A stretch of DNA of 40,118 nt from a virus (IMGVR_UViG_3300020570_000016:1-40118); one strand, 5' to 3'. Shown: positions 23,625-33,247, counted from the first letter of the stretch. Notes: generated by a model from the sequence alone, not told the origin. Numbers and translations: made by a program.

Positions 23625-25526
23625 ATGGCGACCCAAAATAACTTGCTCGCGAAACCAATTGATCTTCGGTCTGTTGACTGGTCTAAAGGCTCGCAGATCA
23701 TCAATGGCATAACGTACTCACCTCAGTTTGAAAACCAAACTCCAGGTGAGGGCGGGCTTATGGAAGGTGGCACGCTAGTCGCCATCCAGCGGCATACGCC
23801 GGGACAAAGTACTTTTGACACGCTTGACCCGACAACAGGGCAGGTAATTGGTACGTATGAGGGGGCAGAAGATAGCGGGTTTTTTGGCAATTTGGTCAGC
23901 CACGCCGGCAGCATTGGTAAGGACGTGGCGCCGTTGGTGTTGGCCGCTCTAGGTGTCAATGCTTTAGGCGCAGGGTTGGGGCAAGCCAGCATTTTTGGCC
24001 CGGGTGCTGCTGCCGGGGCTGGTGCTGGTGCTGGTGCTGGTGCTGGTGCTACGAACCTGACGCCCGCTGCGCTGGAAGCCGCCATTGGCACGCCAGGCTA
24101 CGGGTACAACGCTGCTGCTGCCGCGTCGGGCATCACGCCGTCTGCTGGCTTTGCAGGCATGTCGGCTGCTAATTTCGGTATGACTGGCGCGCAGACCGCC
24201 GCGTATGACGCAGCAATTGCAGCCGGAGCCACGCCGGCTGCCGCTGCGGCTGCGGCTGCCGGGGCCGGAGCTGGTGCTGGAACCGCTGCGGGAACCGCTG
24301 CCGGAGCTGGTGCGGGAACCGCTGCCGGAGCTGGTGCTGGTGCGGGAACCGCTGCGGGAACCGCTGCTGGAGCTGGCGCCGGTACTGCCGCTGGTACTGC
24401 TGCCGGAACCGCAGCTACGACCGCCGCAACAACCGCCGCTACCAACGCCGCCACTGATCCCTTCGCGTATTTGTTGCCGGCCATCGGCTCGTTGATCAGC
24501 GGCTACACACAAGGGCAGTCCGCTAAAGAGGCGGCGGAGGCAACTGCTGCGGCGTCTACGCGGGCGGCGGAAATGCAGCGCGACGCGCAGCGCGAGGCGC
24601 TGGCGCTGCAAACGCGGATGTATGACGAGGCGGTTGCCCGTCAGCAGCCGTACTACCAAGCCGGCACCAACGCGCTTGCGCAGATGCAGCAGCGCACCAA
24701 CGCCATGCCGGAAGCGTTCCAGTATGGCGGCGAGATTCCTCAGTTTTCGTACAGCGGCCAGCAGCCGGCAGCGTTTCAGTACACCGGCCAGCAGCCGACG
24801 TTTGAGTACGGCGGGCAGCAACCAGAGGCGTTCAAGTTCACCGCTGAGAATTTCCAAGCCGATCCTGGCTACGGGTTCCGTTTGAGCGAGGGCCTGAAGG
24901 CGCTGGAGCGCAGCGCTGCTGCGCGTGGCGGTCTGCTGAGCGGCGGTACTGGCAAGGCGCTGACTCGTTTTGGCCAAGAGATGGCGTCTCAGGAGTTCGG
25001 CAACGCTTACGGTCGGGCCTTCAATGAGTACGGCGCAGCGCGTCAGCGCGAGCAAGAGCAGTACGGGCGGGGGCTGACCGCTTTTGACATCGCCCGCCAA
25101 CGCGAGGCGCAGGAGTACGGGCGCGGGCTGACCGGCTACGACATTGGTCGGCAGCGGGAGCAGGAGCAGTATGGCCGGGCGCTGACCGGCTACAACGCGC
25201 TGCGTTCGCGTGAGAGCGATATGTATGGCCGGGCGCTGACCGGCTACAACGCGCTGCGCCAACGCGAGGCCGATCAGTACAACCGTCTGGCTGGGCTGGC
25301 CGGCATCGGCGGCACGACGGCGCAGCAACTGACCGCTGCGGGTCAGAATTACGGCAGCCAAGCCGGTAACCTGATGGCCAACACCGCGACCAATTTGAGC
25401 AACCTTGCCATGCAGCAGGGGCAGACCGCAGGCAATGCGCTGCTGGCGCAAGGCGCGGCGTATGGCAGGGCGTTTGGCGATCTAGGCTACTTGGGCGGCC
25501 AGTACCTCGGTTATCCTCGCCCGTAA
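23625..25526 (+). CDS. internal virion / DNA ejection protein
   Basis: Ala/Gly-rich; DPGYGFRLSEG...SAAARGGLLSG motif; several internal repeats. Confidence 0.75.
   Translation: MATQNNLLAKPIDLRSVDWSKGSQIINGITYSPQFENQTPGEGGLMEGGTLVAIQRHTPGQSTFDTLDPTTGQVIGTYEGAEDSGFFGNLVSHAGSIGKDVAPLVLAALGVNALGAGLGQASIFGPGAAAGAGAGAGAGAGATNLTPAALEAAIGTPGYGYNAAAAASGITPSAGFAGMSAANFGMTGAQTAAYDAAIAAGATPAAAAAAAAGAGAGAGTAAGTAAGAGAGTAAGAGAGAGTAAGTAAGAGAGTAAGTAAGTAATTAATTAATNAATDPFAYLLPAIGSLISGYTQGQSAKEAAEATAAASTRAAEMQRDAQREALALQTRMYDEAVARQQPYYQAGTNALAQMQQRTNAMPEAFQYGGEIPQFSYSGQQPAAFQYTGQQPTFEYGGQQPEAFKFTAENFQADPGYGFRLSEGLKALERSAAARGGLLSGGTGKALTRFGQEMASQEFGNAYGRAFNEYGAARQREQEQYGRGLTAFDIARQREAQEYGRGLTGYDIGRQREQEQYGRALTGYNALRSRESDMYGRALTGYNALRQREADQYNRLAGLAGIGGTTAQQLTAAGQNYGSQAGNLMANTATNLSNLAMQQGQTAGNALLAQGAAYGRAFGDLGYLGGQYLGYPRP
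24018..24450 (+). repeat. low-complexity coding repeats (GCTGGT)n and Gly-Thr-Ala-Ala / Gly-Ala units
   Basis: Read directly within the ejection protein gene. Confidence 0.85.
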
Positions 25527-25535
25527 GGAACGGAC

Positions 25536-26876
25536 ATGGCACTCAACTTCGGCATCCTCTCGCAAGTTCCTTCGTTCGGCCAGCAGTTCGCAGCCGGCCA
25601 GCAGGCCGCGCAGGCGCAGCAGGAGCGCAACATGCTGCGTCAGGCGCAAGTTGAACAGATGGCGATGCAGCGCGAGAACATGCTGGCGCAACGTGAAGAC
25701 CGAGCGGCGGTAACTCAAGAGCGGCAAGCGCGGCAAGCGCGGGCGGCGCAACGTCAACAGTTTTTGACCGGCGCGGCAGAAGCGCTGGCACAGGGCGGTC
25801 AAAAACTTGATCGACCCACGCTTACAAAGGTGCTGCAGTCTGGCGTTCAGGCCGAAGAGCCTTCGTTGATTCAGTTTGCCCGCGAGAGTTTGAAGGCGTT
25901 GGATGAAGAGGAGTTGTACCAGCGCGAGAGCCAGCGCCTAAGCGCCGCGCCTGGCGCTGCCCCTACACGCGAAGAAGTGCTGAACATGCTTCGCAGCCCA
26001 AGCCCTCGCGTGCGTGAGCAGGGCAAAGCGCTGTTGCCAACGCTGCCAACCCCTGAAAAGCCGATGGTTGTTGCTCCCGGCGCGTCGGTGTTTCAGCCCG
26101 GCTCAACCACGCCGATATTTACTGCGCCGACAAAGCCAGAAACACCAAGACTGCAAGATCGTTTTGTTCCAGTTGGTAAGTTGATGTTTGATCGGCAAGA
26201 ACAGAAATACATACCACCACCGCAAGCGGCCATCGCGGCTACGCAAGAGCGCGGGACAGCAGCGCCTGCGCCGGCTAAAGAGCCTGCCGCCAAGCCGCTT
26301 ACCGCTGCGCAAGAGGCAACGCGGCGCGACAAACTGGGCAAGGAATTTAAGTCGGCTTCGTCTGCGTTGCAAACAACGCAAGACGTGCTGGACTCGATTG
26401 CCGCAGTTAAAGATTCGCCGGGGCTGTCAAGAGCAACCGGGTTTACGGGCACCATGTTGCCTTCGTTTCCGGAAGGCCAAGCCGCGCAAGCAGAAACTCG
26501 TTTGGCGAATTTGAAAGGCAAGATCACTGCACTTGGTAAAGCGCAAGCTGCGGCAACAGGCGCGATTGGATCTATCGCTAACCAAGAGTGGAAAATTCTT
26601 TCCGATCAGATTGCGGCCATTGATCCTGTTAAGGGCGCAGGGCCTTTACTGGAACAGATTGGTCTTGTAGAGGCGCAGGCATTGGGCGCGATGGAGCGAA
26701 TGCGCGATGAGTATTCACGCCAGTTCAATGAAGACTTTGAGCGGTTCCCGCAGTTCAGAGACCTACCGCCGCCAAAGTCAACGCAGCCCAAGGGGCGCAA
26801 GTCCGGTGGGGCTGTGACGCCTGCTGGCGCAGCGCCAGCCGCAACCAAATCCGGCGCAACGGTGAGTAACTGGTAA
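25536..26876 (+). CDS. internal virion / DNA ejection protein
   Basis: Gln/Ala-rich helical protein in the ejection module. Confidence 0.7.
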   Translation: MALNFGILSQVPSFGQQFAAGQQAAQAQQERNMLRQAQVEQMAMQRENMLAQREDRAAVTQERQARQARAAQRQQFLTGAAEALAQGGQKLDRPTLTKVLQSGVQAEEPSLIQFARESLKALDEEELYQRESQRLSAAPGAAPTREEVLNMLRSPSPRVREQGKALLPTLPTPEKPMVVAPGASVFQPGSTTPIFTAPTKPETPRLQDRFVPVGKLMFDRQEQKYIPPPQAAIAATQERGTAAPAPAKEPAAKPLTAAQEATRRDKLGKEFKSASSALQTTQDVLDSIAAVKDSPGLSRATGFTGTMLPSFPEGQAAQAETRLANLKGKITALGKAQAAATGAIGSIANQEWKILSDQIAAIDPVKGAGPLLEQIGLVEAQALGAMERMRDEYSRQFNEDFERFPQFRDLPPPKSTQPKGRKSGGAVTPAGAAPAATKSGATVSNW

Positions 26877-29224
26877 TGCCACGCGACATCACAGTCACCT
26901 TCGACGACGGCACTTCGCACGTCTATCGCAACGCGCCCGATGACGTCACGCCTGACGCAGTTCAGACGCGGGCGCAAAAGGAGTTTGGTAAGGCTGTCAA
27001 GGCGATGGACGGTGGGCGAGCAGCCACGTCTGCCCAATCCATAGATTCAATCAAGGCCCCCGACGGCGTTTACAGAGTGACCATCACTGGCACCGGGAGT
27101 GCGCCCGCTCAACCGTCAGAAGTTCCGTTCGGGCGCCGCGCGATTCAGTTTGTGCGACCTACTGTCGAGGCGCTTGGTAGCGTAGGCGGCGGCATTGTGG
27201 GCGGCACCGCCGGCACGTTTGGCGCAGGGCCTGTCGGCACGCTGGTCGGCGCAATTACCGGCGAGGGGTTAGGGTACGGCGCCGCGAAGACAGGCTTGGA
27301 CGTGTTGGAGACGGCGCTTGGCTATCGTCAAGGTCCACGCACCGTGCTTGAGGCAGTGGAAACCGGCGCCAAAGACGTTGCGACCGGCTCGCTTATAGGT
27401 GGTATTGGCCGTGGCATCGTAGGCCCTGCCGTGGCCAAGGCTGGCGAGTACGTCAGCAAGATCAAGAACATCAAGCTCGACACCTACTTGCAGGCCCTTG
27501 ACAACAAGGGCGACGACATCATCGCCGCGCTGCGCGGCAAGCCGTCTGCTGTGCCAGGCGCGGCGCCGACTGCCGGCGAGATAGCCGCGCCTGCGGGCAG
27601 TGTACGGTTCTCGGCGTTGCAATCGCAAGCGTCCAAGGTGCCTGCAATGGCGTCTGATTACGCCGCGATGGCCGCGCAGACCAACCAAGCTCGGCTGGCG
27701 CAGCAGGGGCGGGCAGACGCCAAGTTCCAAGCGGCAGCCGCCAAGGCCAAGGCCAAGATTGATCGTGGCCTGACCACCGTAAGCCAGCGCGAAACTGGCG
27801 AGACATTGTTGGCTGCTGCCGAGGCTGAGAAGGAAGCCGTCAAGAAGCAGGTGGTTGAGCCGGCGTATGCAAAAGCGTTTGCGGCGGCTGGTGACGACAA
27901 GATCGACGTCAGCAACGTCGTCAAAGAAGCCGAGTCGATTCTGAAGCGCAAACTGTCTACGTTTGATCCCAGCACTGCACCAGAAACGGTTGGCAAGCTG
28001 CTGTCACTGCAACCAAAAGCCCCCGCCGCCAAGCCGGTTGGTGCTGGCGTCGTGTCGTCCAAACTGAAAGCCCCGACGCCGCCTGCTGGCGCGCCTGAGG
28101 TCACGTTGGCGCAGCTTGATGACGTGCGCAAAGCCATCAACGCCGACATCGCGGCTGCCGCGCGGTCAAGCGACCCGGCTGCGGCCACAACGCTGCGCAA
28201 CTTGGGCAACCTGCACAAGTCAATTGACGAGGCAATAGCGGGCAGCGCCACGTTGTCCGATGAGGCCAAGGGTTTGTACCGCGAAGCGCTGAATACGTAC
28301 CGCACGCAGTACGCGCCTCGGTTCAAGACCGGCGTCAACGCCAACCTGTTCAAGCAGACGGCGCTCAACGAGCCCAAGCTGAACCCGGATGATGTCGTCA
28401 AGACGTATTTCCAGCCCAAGGGCGAGCGCGAGGCCCAGCAGTTTGTGACGATGTTCGGCAAGAACGCCGATGCGTTGAAGGTGGCGCGCTCGGGCATTGA
28501 AGACCTGTACCGCCGCGAAGTCACGGACGCTGCTGGCCGCGTGACGCCCGAGGCACACGCCAAGTTTGTCAAGAAGTACGCAGACCCGCTGCGCATTCTT
28601 GACGACGCCGGAGTGAACGTCTCGCAGCGCCTTGACGTTGTTGCCAAGGATGCTGCGCGGCTGGCCAAGATCCAAGAACTTGCTGAAGCCAGCGGCAACA
28701 AACTTGCACCTGCGCTGCCGCCGGGCGCAAACGCGATGGCAGTGCAAAAGCGTATTGATGAGCTTACGCAAGGCTTGACGCCTCAGCAAAAGACGCACAT
28801 CGGCGCTGTCAAGGAAGACCTGTTGCGAGAGGCCGAGTTTCAACGCCTTGTCCAAGCTGGCGCGCAATCTGAAGTTAAGGTCAAAGGGTTGGGTACGGAG
28901 ACAGGCAAGCAGTTGGGCCTCCCACTACCCAATCCTTTGATAGTGGCGGTTACGCTTTTCAACAACGTCTACAAGCGGTTGGCGCTGCGGATGGACGATA
29001 AGATTGCGTTGGAGATTGCACGCGAACTTACCAGCCCTGCGATGGCTGCCGATTCAATTTCCAAGGCCATCCGTCTGCAGGCTGATCGTGCGGCAACTAA
29101 CCAACTGCGCGGCCAACAGTATGGCCGCGCGGCAACAATAGGTGCTGGGGTCGAGATCGCGCCCCGAGCGGAACCGGCAAACTACAACGCCTTCACTCAA
29201 CCTCAAAACGCCTTAGCACCATGA
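26876..29224 (+). CDS. large internal virion / DNA ejection protein
   Basis: 782 aa, Ala-rich helical with a Gly-rich hydrophobic segment; last gene before lysis. Confidence 0.7.
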   Translation: MPRDITVTFDDGTSHVYRNAPDDVTPDAVQTRAQKEFGKAVKAMDGGRAATSAQSIDSIKAPDGVYRVTITGTGSAPAQPSEVPFGRRAIQFVRPTVEALGSVGGGIVGGTAGTFGAGPVGTLVGAITGEGLGYGAAKTGLDVLETALGYRQGPRTVLEAVETGAKDVATGSLIGGIGRGIVGPAVAKAGEYVSKIKNIKLDTYLQALDNKGDDIIAALRGKPSAVPGAAPTAGEIAAPAGSVRFSALQSQASKVPAMASDYAAMAAQTNQARLAQQGRADAKFQAAAAKAKAKIDRGLTTVSQRETGETLLAAAEAEKEAVKKQVVEPAYAKAFAAAGDDKIDVSNVVKEAESILKRKLSTFDPSTAPETVGKLLSLQPKAPAAKPVGAGVVSSKLKAPTPPAGAPEVTLAQLDDVRKAINADIAAAARSSDPAAATTLRNLGNLHKSIDEAIAGSATLSDEAKGLYREALNTYRTQYAPRFKTGVNANLFKQTALNEPKLNPDDVVKTYFQPKGEREAQQFVTMFGKNADALKVARSGIEDLYRREVTDAAGRVTPEAHAKFVKKYADPLRILDDAGVNVSQRLDVVAKDAARLAKIQELAEASGNKLAPALPPGANAMAVQKRIDELTQGLTPQQKTHIGAVKEDLLREAEFQRLVQAGAQSEVKVKGLGTETGKQLGLPLPNPLIVAVTLFNNVYKRLALRMDDKIALEIARELTSPAMAADSISKAIRLQADRAATNQLRGQQYGRAATIGAGVEIAPRAEPANYNAFTQPQNALAP

Positions 29225-29427
29225 GCGACATCGACCCCGTGAAATTCGGCCTGCTGATCGGCCAGGTCAAGACGCTGGAAGACCAGGTGGCAGCGATGCA
29301 GAGTGACATCAAGGAGTTGCTGGCCTTGGCCAACAAGGGCAAGGGCGGCTTCTGGATGGGCATGACCATCGCGTCTGCGTTCGGCGGCATCGTGTCTTGG
29401 GTCGCTACTCACTGGCCAGGCAAATGA
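29221..29427 (+). CDS. coiled-coil plus single-TM protein (holin/antiholin-like)
   Basis: ATGA overlaps on both sides; C-terminal TM segment. Confidence 0.65.
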   Translation: MSDIDPVKFGLLIGQVKTLEDQVAAMQSDIKELLALANKGKGGFWMGMTIASAFGGIVSWVATHWPGK

Positions 29428-29900
29428 ACTTCGACACCGCGTTCGCGCTACTGCTTGGCCACGAAAGCGACTTCAGCGATCACCCGGCAGACCCCGGAGG
29501 CAAGACCCGCTTCGGCGTCACCGAGGCGGTGGCCCGCGAGGTCGGCTACAAGGGCGACATGCGGGAGTTGCCGCTGGATTTGGCCAAGCGGATTTACCTT
29601 GAGCGGTACTGGAAGCCAGTGCGTGCTGACGATCTGCCGCCAGGCATCCGCTACGCTACGTTCGACGCCGCGGTGAACTCAGGGCCGCATCAAGCCACGC
29701 TGTGGCTGCAGCGGGCGCTGGGTGTGACGGCTGATGGGGTCATCGGCCCCAAGACGTTGGCTGCAACGTATGCGCAGGACATGAACGCGTTGCGGTTGCG
29801 GGTGCTGGCGCAGCGCCTGCGCTTCATGACCGGCCTGACCAACTGGCCGGCCTTCTCACGCGGCTGGGCTCGCCGCATCGCTGACTTGATGGAGACTTGA
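29424..29900 (+). CDS. endolysin, glycoside hydrolase family 108
   Basis: HESDFSDHPADPGGKTRFGVT, FDAAVNSG, LQRALGV.ADGVIGPKT, F.RGWARR. Confidence 0.9.
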   Translation: MNFDTAFALLLGHESDFSDHPADPGGKTRFGVTEAVAREVGYKGDMRELPLDLAKRIYLERYWKPVRADDLPPGIRYATFDAAVNSGPHQATLWLQRALGVTADGVIGPKTLAATYAQDMNALRLRVLAQRLRFMTGLTNWPAFSRGWARRIADLMET

Positions 29901-29901
29901 C

Positions 29902-30069
29902 ATGAACGCTACGATCATCCAGGCGCTGGTGCGCCACATCCTCACCGCTCTTGCTGGCGGCTTTGCCGTGAAGTACGGCGTGGACGGCGGCACGATGGAC
30001 GCCGTCATCGGTGGGGCATCTGCAGCGGCTGGTCTGGGCTGGTCGCTGTGGGACAAGCGCCAGAAGTGA
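29902..30069 (+). CDS. putative holin (55 aa, two hydrophobic segments)
   Basis: MNATIIQALVRHILTALAGG...AGLGWSLWDKRQK*; GGAG SD; follows the endolysin; absent from the ORF track. Confidence 0.75.
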   Translation: MNATIIQALVRHILTALAGGFAVKYGVDGGTMDAVIGGASAAAGLGWSLWDKRQK

Positions 30070-30292
30070 TCTGACGCAGCAGCGGGCCAGCGGTGTAGAC
30101 CCACCGGTACTTGGTCCGCGTTGTCGGGTCGGCGCGCTTGGTGCGGGTGACCCAGCCTGTTTGCTCGGCATAGCGCAGGGATGCGGCCACGTTGTTGGGC
30201 TTCATGTCCCACTTTATGCCGACGTCGTGGGTTGTCAGCTCTTCGTCGGGGTTGCGGGCAAAGAAAACCGCCACGTGGGTGACGATGCTCAT
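30005..30292 (-). CDS. putative winged-helix DNA-binding protein
   Basis: FFARNPDEELTTHDV..KW...NNV..SL......GWV pattern; ATGA coupling; AGGAG SD. Confidence 0.6.
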   Translation of the reverse strand: MSIVTHVAVFFARNPDEELTTHDVGIKWDMKPNNVAASLRYAEQTGWVTRTKRADPTTRTKYRWVYTAGPLLRQITSGACPTATSPDQPLQMPHR

Positions 30293-30528
30293 GTGTTCTC
30301 CTTGATCCCATGCGCGGCCTCGACCGCTCGGGCAAATTCCCGGTGCTCCCAATCTGCGCTCATTGGCTCACGCCATAGGCGATCAAGCTCCTCGTCGCTC
30401 AGGGGCTCCTGCACCGTCTGCTCCAGCGCGGCGCGGAGGTTAATCAACACTTGGGCATGGTGCGACACCAGCAGACCGGACTCCAACACCTCCAGCGCCT
30501 GACGCGCAGCGTCTCTCAGGTCACTCAT
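30289..30528 (-). CDS. hypothetical protein (79 aa)
   Basis: LRDAARQALEVLE and PLSDEE...FARAVEAAHGI phage motifs. Confidence 0.75.
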   Translation of the reverse strand: MSDLRDAARQALEVLESGLLVSHHAQVLINLRAALEQTVQEPLSDEELDRLWREPMSADWEHREFARAVEAAHGIKENT

Positions 30529-30704
30529 ACCAACACCCCCACAACGAACGCAATCGCACCAACGAGACAAACAACGCCCAGCCCAAGCACCACCAGTTTG
30601 CCCAAGGACTCCACGGCGTCGTCATCAACGCCGACCTCGGTTGCGGCTTCCGCCGCCTCGGGGTAGCGGCCTTGATAGTCACAGCCTTTCGGCATCTTGT
30701 TCAT
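30525..30704 (-). CDS. small membrane protein (59 aa)
   Basis: Manually translated MNKMPKGCDYQGRYPEAAEAATEVG...LVVLGLGVVCLVGAIAFVVGVLV*; ATGA overlaps. Confidence 0.7.
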   Translation of the reverse strand: MNKMPKGCDYQGRYPEAAEAATEVGVDDDAVESLGKLVVLGLGVVCLVGAIAFVVGVLV

Positions 30705-30895
30705 GCACCCTCCCCAGCCAACGTGGCCTTCAGACGTTCGATGCGGTTCTGGTGGTACATCACCATAGCCTCGGCGTACTCACGGGCGCTGTGAGCCTCT
30801 AGCAGGGCTCGGCGGGCCTGGTCGTACTCTTGCGCGGCCAGCACCTCCGCAGACGGCGGCTGGTACAGCGACTTGAGGGTTTTCCACATGCTCAC
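30701..30895 (-). CDS. hypothetical protein
   Basis: Coupled overlaps; coiled coil. Confidence 0.7.
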   Translation of the reverse strand: MSMWKTLKSLYQPPSAEVLAAQEYDQARRALLEAHSAREYAEAMVMYHQNRIERLKATLAGEGA

Positions 30896-31074
30896 TTGAT
30901 TGCCTCCTTCAGGATCTCCATGCGTTCCCGCGCGGCGCGCAGGACGGTGTAGCGTTGATGCAGCCGCTCCAAGATGGTGACGCGGCGCAGCGTCTTGCGC
31001 TCCTGCTCCAGCAGGGTCAGCACCTCTTGCTCAGTCTTGCTTGACAGGTGCTCGTTGAGCCATCGCCAGTTCAT
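30892..31074 (-). CDS. hypothetical protein (60 aa)
   Basis: RVTILERLHQRY..LRA.RER; coupled. Confidence 0.75.
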   Translation of the reverse strand: MNWRWLNEHLSSKTEQEVLTLLEQERKTLRRVTILERLHQRYTVLRAARERMEILKEAIK

Positions 31075-31201
31075 GCTTCTTCTCCAGTGTGTTGATGGTG
31101 ACCAGCACCCTATGCAGCCTGCGCTGCGCCATGTTGAACGCCTTGAGCGCGATCTTGTGCTCCACCCGCGCTACCTTCAGCCGCTCCGTGATCTTCTTCA
31201 C
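31031..31201 (-). CDS. small basic coiled-coil protein
   Basis: GTGA overlap with the helicase stop; GGAGG SD. Confidence 0.55.
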   Translation of the reverse strand: MKKITERLKVARVEHKIALKAFNMAQRRLHRVLVTINTLEKKHELAMAQRAPVKQD

Positions 31202-32499
31202 TTCAATGCCTCCAAGGCCAGTTGGGAAAGGGATTGCTTGTCGTGCAGCGCCACCCAGATCTTTTGGTCCACGGTGTCTGCAGTCAGCAGGACGTAGTTC
31301 CACACGTCACGCGCCTGGCCGCTGCGGTGCAGGCGCCCAATGGTCTGCTCGTACAACTCCAGCGACCACGGCAGCGACAGCCATATCATGTGGTGCCCGC
31401 CGTGCTGCAGGTTCAGCCCGTGGCCGGCGCTCTTGGGATGGATAGCCAGCAGCCGCACCTGGCCGGCGTTCCAGCCCCCGATCACGTCCCACTTCTCATC
31501 CATCGCCGCCAGCGTGGGGTAACGCCTGCGCAACTCGTTCAACTCCTCGACGTAGTTGTAGACGACGATGGTGTTGGCGTGCTGGTTCTCTGACAGGATG
31601 TCGTCCAGCGCGTCGAACTTGTGCGGCGACAACCAGCGCGGACCAAAGTCGGTGTACAAGAACCCGCTGGACATCTGCTGCAGTTTCTGCGTGACCACCG
31701 CGGCGTTCTGCGCGATGGTCGTCTCGTTGCCGAACTGCAGCACGAAGTCCTTCTTCATCTTCTTGTAGTCGTCCATCGCCATGCTGCAGGGCATCTCCAC
31801 CGTGTGCAGCGGGGGCAGTTTGTCCTTGTACTCGCCAGGCTCCAGCACATAGGTGGCCGGCTTGATGCGCTGCATCACGGCGGGCAGCGAGCCAGGCCGG
31901 GGCTCCCACTCGGTGTGCGTGCCGCGGTTGTTCTGGTAGAAGTACTGCTGCATGAACGCGCCCTTGCTGCGGCCCAGCAGGCTCTGGTCAATCACCTTGC
32001 ACTGCCCGAACACATCCTCCAGCCCGTTGCTGGTGAACGAGCCGGTCAGGCCCCAGCGGATCTCGACGGACTTGATGACCTTCTCAAACGCCTTGAAGCG
32101 TTTGCCGCTGGGGTTCTTCAGGCGCGTCAACTCGTCGAACACTACGCCCGTGAAGTCGGACAGGTCAAGGTCGCCTAGCCACTGCAGGTTGTCGTAGTTG
32201 ATGACCACCACATCAGCGTCGGAGTACAGCGCAGCGATGCGTTGCGCTGGCGTACCGACCGCCACCCGCACCTTGAGATATGGCGCCCACTTGGTAGCCT
32301 CCACCGGCCAGACCGAAGTGACCACCCGCAACGGCGCGACGACGAGGAAGCGGATGCCTTCGGCAGCCACCAGATCGCGCATGGCCGTCAGCGTGATCGC
32401 TGTCTTGCCTGCGCCGACCGGCGCGAGGATCATCGCCCGGTCGTGCTCGTACAGGAAGTCGGCGGCCTGCTCTTGATAGGGTCTAAGAGTGATGCTCAT
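31198..32499 (-). CDS. SNF2-family (SF2) helicase
   Basis: LRPYQ, APVGAGKT, VVFDELT, GLTGS, SAGHGLNLQ, QTIGRLHRSGQ. Confidence 0.93.
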   Translation of the reverse strand: MSITLRPYQEQAADFLYEHDRAMILAPVGAGKTAITLTAMRDLVAAEGIRFLVVAPLRVVTSVWPVEATKWAPYLKVRVAVGTPAQRIAALYSDADVVVINYDNLQWLGDLDLSDFTGVVFDELTRLKNPSGKRFKAFEKVIKSVEIRWGLTGSFTSNGLEDVFGQCKVIDQSLLGRSKGAFMQQYFYQNNRGTHTEWEPRPGSLPAVMQRIKPATYVLEPGEYKDKLPPLHTVEMPCSMAMDDYKKMKKDFVLQFGNETTIAQNAAVVTQKLQQMSSGFLYTDFGPRWLSPHKFDALDDILSENQHANTIVVYNYVEELNELRRRYPTLAAMDEKWDVIGGWNAGQVRLLAIHPKSAGHGLNLQHGGHHMIWLSLPWSLELYEQTIGRLHRSGQARDVWNYVLLTADTVDQKIWVALHDKQSLSQLALEALK

Positions 32500-32969
32500 T
32501 GAACGCTCGCGTAGGTTCGCCGTGAACGGATGCGAGATATAGCTGATGGATCGACGCCAAACTTTTTGGCAAGCGCGGCGTTGCTCATTTCGCTTGCTCG
32601 GACATGGCGCACTTGATCGTTGGTCAACTTCGACATCGGTTGCTTTTCGCCGCGCAACCGCTGCTCCGTAGTTGGCAAAACGATTCGGTTCTTCCGAGAC
32701 GCATCACGCATGTTGTCGGCTGCTGTCCCCAGAAACAGATGATGGGGGTTGACGCAAAGCCTGACATCGCAGTGATGGCACACATACATGCCTTTTGGGA
32801 TTTCCCCACAAAAAAGTCTCCAGCTTGCGCGGTGCGCATATTCGACCTCGCCGTTTGACACCCCAAATCGACCGTACCCCACTGACTCAATATGCGATGC
32901 AGTCCATATCCAACACCCGGCAATCGGCACCTGCACAACCTTGTCCATAAATCGCGCCATCAGCTTCAT
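32496..32969 (-). CDS. HNH homing endonuclease with C-terminal HTH
   Basis: CWIW, GYGRF, AHRASW, VCHHCDVRLCVNPHHLFLGT..DN; lower GC; ATGA overlaps at both ends. Confidence 0.9.
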   Translation of the reverse strand: MKLMARFMDKVVQVPIAGCWIWTASHIESVGYGRFGVSNGEVEYAHRASWRLFCGEIPKGMYVCHHCDVRLCVNPHHLFLGTAADNMRDASRKNRIVLPTTEQRLRGEKQPMSKLTNDQVRHVRASEMSNAALAKKFGVDPSAISRIRSRRTYASVQ

Positions 32970-33247
32970 ACCGACACCACCCAATCCAAGAAGTGATCCA
33001 CGTCTTCGGCGCCGTAAAGGCAGCAGTAGTTGCACCCCATCAAACTCATGTCGTCGCGGAAAACCCGTTGCAGCGGGGACAAATAGCCCGACTTGGTCTT
33101 GACCTCGACGAACCACACGCGGCCACCAGGCAGCACGACCAGACGGTCGGCCACACCACGGTGAGCGGGCGATACGAACTTGTACGCCTTGCCGCCGAGG
33201 GCTTCTACGCCCTTGACCAGCCTGCGTTCGACATCTTTCTCAAGCAT
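32966..33247 (-). CDS. VRR-NUC domain nuclease (putative Holliday junction resolvase)
   Basis: MLEKDVE, KFVSP..RGVADR, WFVEVK, LSPLQ; GGAG SD before 33247. Confidence 0.9.
   Translation of the reverse strand: MLEKDVERRLVKGVEALGGKAYKFVSPAHRGVADRLVVLPGGRVWFVEVKTKSGYLSPLQRVFRDDMSLMGCNYCCLYGAEDVDHFLDWVVSV

Noticed and set aside
24250-24420. Regular short repeats as a CRISPR array or iterons
   Set aside because: They are in-frame coding repeats (Gly/Ala/Thr) without unique spacers
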